Virus record (IMG/VR): IMGVR_UViG_3300035502_000498 | Length of the DNA: 64,000 nt | Strand: one strand, 5' to 3' | DNA from: an uncultured virus (IMG/VR IMGVR_UViG_3300035502_000498) | Taxonomy: Duplodnaviria > Heunggongvirae > Uroviricota > Caudoviricetes | Part shown: in pieces, positions 59,599 through 64,000 of the stretch | How the letters are laid out: the number at the start of each line of letters is the position of its first letter | Numbering within the stretch: the stretch's first letter is position 1 | Notes under the pieces: model-generated | Told to the model about the DNA's origin: nothing | The model's database searches: none | What the model saw: only the letters and a program-made list of their open reading frames with translations | Translations under genes and position numbers: made by a program

Positions 59599-60354
59599 AT
59601 GTTAAAAAGAGAGTTAAAACGTTCTTCAAGTTATAATGAAGACGGAGCTATGCCTGAATTACTAGGCAAAGACCTTGAAAAGAATCTTGATGCAGTTGAC
59701 ACCAAGATGGAAGCAGATGAAGAAGATGTTGAACTTCAAGATGATGCAGAGGAAATTGAAGACACTGAAGTTTCCGATGAAGAACCTGCAGAAGAAGTTC
59801 CTGATCATTTAGAAACAGATTTGGAAGAACCTGAGGAAGAATTCAAAGACATCAATGAAAAAGTTGTTGTTTATCTTTACAGGGGTTTTGCAGAAATTGG
59901 TGACAATGTTCGTGTATTTGTTGAAGACACAGAAAATGAAGAACGTGATCCAGAATTAGTTGAAACTCTTCAAGACTTTATGGATGGCTATCCAGAAGTT
60001 ATGGATGTTATTAAAGATTTGGCAAAGAAATATGTTACTTCTGTAGATCTTTTTGATCCTGAAGAAGGAGAAGAAATTGCAGACGAAGAACCTGAAGAAG
60101 ACACAGAAGAACCTGAAGATTCTGAAGAAGCAGATATGGCAGATGACATTGAAGATTCAGAAGTGGTTGAGTCTTATGTTAAAGAACATAACTTAGAACA
60201 CAATCAATTCGAATCAGAATATGAAATTTATGTTCCATATACTTCTGAAGAACAAGCAGCTAAATACGAAGAAGACTTAAGAAAATTCAGAGGTGCTGAA
60301 GTATTTAGACATGCAGATATTGGCGAAATTCATGCATTTGTAAGAGTAAAGTAG
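59599..60354 (+). CDS. Highly acidic protein, putative scaffold/internal head protein
   Basis: Long D/E tracts; GGAG RBS. Confidence 0.6.
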   Translation: MLKRELKRSSSYNEDGAMPELLGKDLEKNLDAVDTKMEADEEDVELQDDAEEIEDTEVSDEEPAEEVPDHLETDLEEPEEEFKDINEKVVVYLYRGFAEIGDNVRVFVEDTENEERDPELVETLQDFMDGYPEVMDVIKDLAKKYVTSVDLFDPEEGEEIADEEPEEDTEEPEDSEEADMADDIEDSEVVESYVKEHNLEHNQFESEYEIYVPYTSEEQAAKYEEDLRKFRGAEVFRHADIGEIHAFVRVK

Positions 60355-60363
60355 GAGGAATAC

Positions 60364-61626
60364 ATGAAAGATTACGTATCTAGTTTATTTGATATAATTA
60401 AGACTTCTTCAAAATCTGAAGCTAAAAAAGTTGAATCAAATGAAAAATCTGTAAAATCAGAATCAGATAAAAGAGTTCTATCACAACCTAAAAGAAAATC
60501 TATGAAAAGTGAAAGTGCTCACACAGATGCAATTCAAGAAACTCTAGACAATGTTTTAAAGATTCAAGAAGAATTCAAATTATCTATAGTGCTTCCAATG
60601 AGAGCTAGTGATATAAAAGTAAATCCAGTTTCAGATGGTGATTTGAAGTTAGGTGATAAAGCTAATCCTCATCTAAGAGCAGTCACTAAAGTTGAAGAAG
60701 CATTAGAAAACTTAGTATCTCAATTAAAAATGCAACTTTCAGATCCACTTCCTGAAGATGATGAAACAGTGGATGTAACCATTCATTCTACCGAAGGTGA
60801 AGAAATGGAAGAAAGTGATCACTACTACAGACAAATGCATCCAGAACTTGATGGAGTTGAAGAAACTATTCAAGTAAATGGTTGGAACTATAAAAATGGA
60901 GAAATTTGGGATGATCAAGGTCTTTGCTCAATAAGCTATGACAAAGACAATGATTGTATCCATGTTGCAGAGCTTATGGATCCAGATGGTGTTGATCAAG
61001 AAACAATTGCAAATGTTCATTCAGTCGATGAGTTAGATGATGTCTTAACTCAGTTCGTTGAATTGGATGAATTAGCAATAGAAATCAAACAGGCTTTTGC
61101 AGAATACATAGAAAATCAAAGAGGCTCTGTAAATGAAGCAGAAGATGATTTGGAAGACATGGATATTGAAGGTTCAGAAGAAATTGCACCAGAACCTATT
61201 ATCATAGATGATTGGGAATATTTGGCATCAGATCCAGAATATTATGGCAACCCAACTCTTTTATATGATAAGGGTGATTTTGTTGTATTTATTCAAAAAG
61301 ATACAGACCCTGAAGAAACAGAACCATATTATGTTCAAGTTTCTATTGGAAATGCACAACCTCAAGACTATCAATCTGATGATATAGAAAATGTGTGCAT
61401 GTGGTTAGAAACAATGGAAGCTCCCGTTCCAACTGAAGATGCTGTACTTGCTTTTTCTGCTGAACCTAAAGCAGAATTGGAAGAATCTGTAAACGAAGAA
61501 GCTACGGAAGAAAAAGAGAAAATTAAACTTCCTAAAGATTTCAAAGAAGCTCCAAATGATGAAGAAATAGCAAGAACTGCAAAGAAAGTTGAATCACCAA
61601 AAGTTTCTGATACAGAAGAGAAATAA
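60364..61626 (+). CDS. Acidic multidomain protein, putative virion protein
   Basis: AGGAGG RBS; D/E-rich with SVNE linkers. Confidence 0.6.
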   Translation: MKDYVSSLFDIIKTSSKSEAKKVESNEKSVKSESDKRVLSQPKRKSMKSESAHTDAIQETLDNVLKIQEEFKLSIVLPMRASDIKVNPVSDGDLKLGDKANPHLRAVTKVEEALENLVSQLKMQLSDPLPEDDETVDVTIHSTEGEEMEESDHYYRQMHPELDGVEETIQVNGWNYKNGEIWDDQGLCSISYDKDNDCIHVAELMDPDGVDQETIANVHSVDELDDVLTQFVELDELAIEIKQAFAEYIENQRGSVNEAEDDLEDMDIEGSEEIAPEPIIIDDWEYLASDPEYYGNPTLLYDKGDFVVFIQKDTDPEETEPYYVQVSIGNAQPQDYQSDDIENVCMWLETMEAPVPTEDAVLAFSAEPKAELEESVNEEATEEKEKIKLPKDFKEAPNDEEIARTAKKVESPKVSDTEEK

Positions 61627-61641
61627 TTGAAAGGATACATT

Positions 61642-62049
61642 ATGACAGATACTATTAAAAATGATATGTATGGAAAAATCAAAAGAGCAAAAGAAATTGC
61701 TGCAAAAGCATTAGGTCAAGTTGATCTAGGTGCAAAAGTTTTGAAACCAGAAGCTCCTGCTAAAGCAAAATTAGATGTTCAAACAAAAACTTCTAAAAAT
61801 GCTACTTCAGAATCTGCAGAATCAGGAAAAGCAGAAATCAAAGGCAAACTTCTTGCTAAGTTGAAACTTAAAAAGGCAGATGCAAAGACTGAAGTTCCAG
61901 TTACAAAATCAAAACTTGTTGAAGAATCTGCTCCTGCAGGAACTACTGAAGTTAAGAAAGTTCCAGATGACAAAACCAAAGCACAAAAAGCAAAAGTTCT
62001 TGCTAAAGCAAAGAAAGCAGATGCAAAAGAAACTAAAGTTAAGGGTTAA
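61642..62049 (+). CDS. Lys/Ala-rich basic protein
   Basis: Low-complexity K/A-rich with internal duplication (LAKLKLKKADAK / LAKAKKADAK). Confidence 0.6.
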   Translation: MTDTIKNDMYGKIKRAKEIAAKALGQVDLGAKVLKPEAPAKAKLDVQTKTSKNATSESAESGKAEIKGKLLAKLKLKKADAKTEVPVTKSKLVEESAPAGTTEVKKVPDDKTKAQKAKVLAKAKKADAKETKVKG

Positions 62050-62148
62050 TTTCAAATTATACACTTATTCATGGGAATCAATCGGGTCTTGTTGCAAAAC
62101 AAGACCCCTCCTTTTGCAGAATTTCATCTCATATAAGGAGGAATAACT

Positions 62149-63753
62149 ATGAAACATATTTACACAGATTCAAAAGCAAGAGAAAGATTGCTTACTGGCA
62201 TAGATACTGTTGCAGATATAGTTAAGGCAACACTTGGACCACGTGGAAGCAATGTAATCTTGAAAACACCATATAATGCACCAACTATTGTCAATGATGG
62301 AGTATCCATTGCAAGAGAAATTGTTCTTGAAGATCCTACAGAAAATGCAGGTGCAGTACTTATGACTTCTGCAGCATCAGCTACAAATTCTGCAGTTGGG
62401 GATGGAACCACAACCACTTGTATTTTAACTCAAGGTCTTATTCAAAATGGATTCAAAGCAATAGAAAAAGACAAAGCAAATCCAATTCTCTTAAGAGAAG
62501 AACTTAAGAAATGCGCAGAAGATTTTGTCTATCCTGCATTGGACAAACAAGTAGAATCTTGTGATACCATTGAAAAACTTCAAAAAGTTGCAACAATCTC
62601 AGTTGGTGGAAATGAAGAATATGGAAAATTAATCGGAGATGCTTTATTTAAGGTTGGACCAGAAGGAATTGTAAACCTTGAAAATAATTCATTCCCAGAA
62701 ACTACTCTTTCAATGATTGATGGATACAAAATCGAACGTGGTTATATGTCTCCATATGCAATAAATGATACAGAGAAATATGTAGTTGATTATGAAAACT
62801 GTCTTGTTCTTTGTTGCTATCATAAAATCACAAAAAGAGAACATGTAGAATCTTTATTTAAGTATGCATATGATTCACAAAAATCAATACTCCTTATTGT
62901 TGAAGATATGGATGAATCCATATTTGGTGGATTGCAAGTTAATTTGATGAAACGTGTATTCAAAATCTGTCCTGTTAAATCTCCAGGATTTGGTTTTAAT
63001 GTCAGAGACTACATGAATGATATTGCCAAAATGACAGGTTGTATGGTTTATGCAGAAGATACTCGAGATATGAGCACTTTCAATCAAGATGATTTTGGTT
63101 TTGCATCAAGAGTTACTGCAAATAGAGAGTGTACTTGCATAATTAGAGATGATGAGGATTCCAGAGAAGATTTGGATGAATATATCAGATCTCTAAGAAA
63201 TCAATTAGCAGCCACCGAAAATGAACATCTAAAAGATTCCTTAAAGGAAAGAATCTCCAAACTTACGGTTGGTGTGGCAACAATTTCTGTTGGAGCAAAA
63301 TCTCAAACCGAACAGAATGAGCTCAAACTCAGAATAGAAGATGCAATCAATGCTGCAAGAGCTGCTCTTAGAGGAGGAATTGTAGCAGGTGGTGGTTGTG
63401 CTTTAGCAGCAATATCAACTAAACTTTCAAACTTGAACATGGATTTTTCATCTCATGAACAGAAACTTGCCTATAAGATAATGGAAAACGTTTTGCTTCT
63501 TCCTGAAGATCAAATTGTTGAGAATTCAGGTGGAAGTGCAGATGGACTCAAGAGAGACCTTTTAGGAAAAGAAGAATCTTCTCTATATGATTTTGGTTTT
63601 AACGGAGTTACCAGACACTATGAGAATCTTAAAGAAGCAGGTATCATAGATCCTGCTTTAGTAGTGAAATCAGCAGTAGAAAATGCAGTATCAGTTGCTT
63701 CAACAATTCTAACTACTCAAGCAACCATTATAGCAGAAGACAAAGGTGAATAA
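62149..63753 (+). CDS. groEL: Phage chaperonin GroEL (Cpn60)
   Basis: TLGPRG, NDGVSIAREI, GDGTTT, KSPGFG, GIVAGGG, GIIDPALV motifs; no C-terminal GGM tail. Confidence 0.95.
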   Translation: MKHIYTDSKARERLLTGIDTVADIVKATLGPRGSNVILKTPYNAPTIVNDGVSIAREIVLEDPTENAGAVLMTSAASATNSAVGDGTTTTCILTQGLIQNGFKAIEKDKANPILLREELKKCAEDFVYPALDKQVESCDTIEKLQKVATISVGGNEEYGKLIGDALFKVGPEGIVNLENNSFPETTLSMIDGYKIERGYMSPYAINDTEKYVVDYENCLVLCCYHKITKREHVESLFKYAYDSQKSILLIVEDMDESIFGGLQVNLMKRVFKICPVKSPGFGFNVRDYMNDIAKMTGCMVYAEDTRDMSTFNQDDFGFASRVTANRECTCIIRDDEDSREDLDEYIRSLRNQLAATENEHLKDSLKERISKLTVGVATISVGAKSQTEQNELKLRIEDAINAARAALRGGIVAGGGCALAAISTKLSNLNMDFSSHEQKLAYKIMENVLLLPEDQIVENSGGSADGLKRDLLGKEESSLYDFGFNGVTRHYENLKEAGIIDPALVVKSAVENAVSVASTILTTQATIIAEDKGE

Positions 63754-63855
63754 GATTGTTTGAATCGAATGTGCTCTAAGTTCCTATATATTATTGTAGA
63801 AATAATTCATCTCTTCAAAGAGAAGTAAACGATTTAGAGCACAGGAGATTTTATC

Positions 63856-64000
63856 TTGAGTACATATACAGTTCCATATTCATTTATAGGAGGAACAAAA
63901 GCTTCTGCAGATGAAGTAAACAAAAACTTTTCATATATAACAGAGATATTGGACAGTATGAATGCTGCACAATATCCTTTTTGTGTTAATTCTGCAAACA
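63856..64000 (+). CDS. Tail fibre-related protein, N-terminal fragment (runs off the window)
   Basis: AGGAG RBS, TTG start, STYTVPYSFIGGTKASADEVNKNFSY similar to the 16870 N-terminus. Confidence 0.7.
   Translation, partial: MSTYTVPYSFIGGTKASADEVNKNFSYITEILDSMNAAQYPFCVNSAN

Overview
AT-rich, almost entirely + strand, densely coding fragment of a large (jumbo-type) tailed phage genome using the standard genetic code. It encodes a cytosine-modification module: a T4 gp42-like dCMP-specific thymidylate-synthase homolog, a dCTPase/dUTPase-like enzyme, two T4 beta-glucosyltransferase-like GT-B paralogs, a TagD-like cytidylyltransferase, an NDT-like hydrolase and a dCMP deaminase. It also carries a sigma factor, a GIY-YIG homing endonuclease, a 5'-3' exonuclease, tail-fibre/adhesin clusters, a temperate-phage-like small-gene island, three tRNA genes, acidic putative virion proteins, a nucleotidyltransferase and GroEL. 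The most notable features are: (1) an operon behind a repeated promoter-like element, with one RelE/ParE-like toxin, four tandem translationally coupled antitoxin-like paralogs (three absent from the ORF track) and four DUF29-like paralogs; (2) a tRNA-linked ~460-nt ornate ncRNA closed by a 28-bp stem (ROOL-like), plus two more structured RNAs; (3) the double-glycosyltransferase cytosine hypermodification pathway; (4) a BspA-type LRR protein built from combinatorially shuffled half-repeats. A Melainabacteria/Gastranaerophilales-like host is a tentative inference. All family calls come from motif recognition by eye; no database searches were run.
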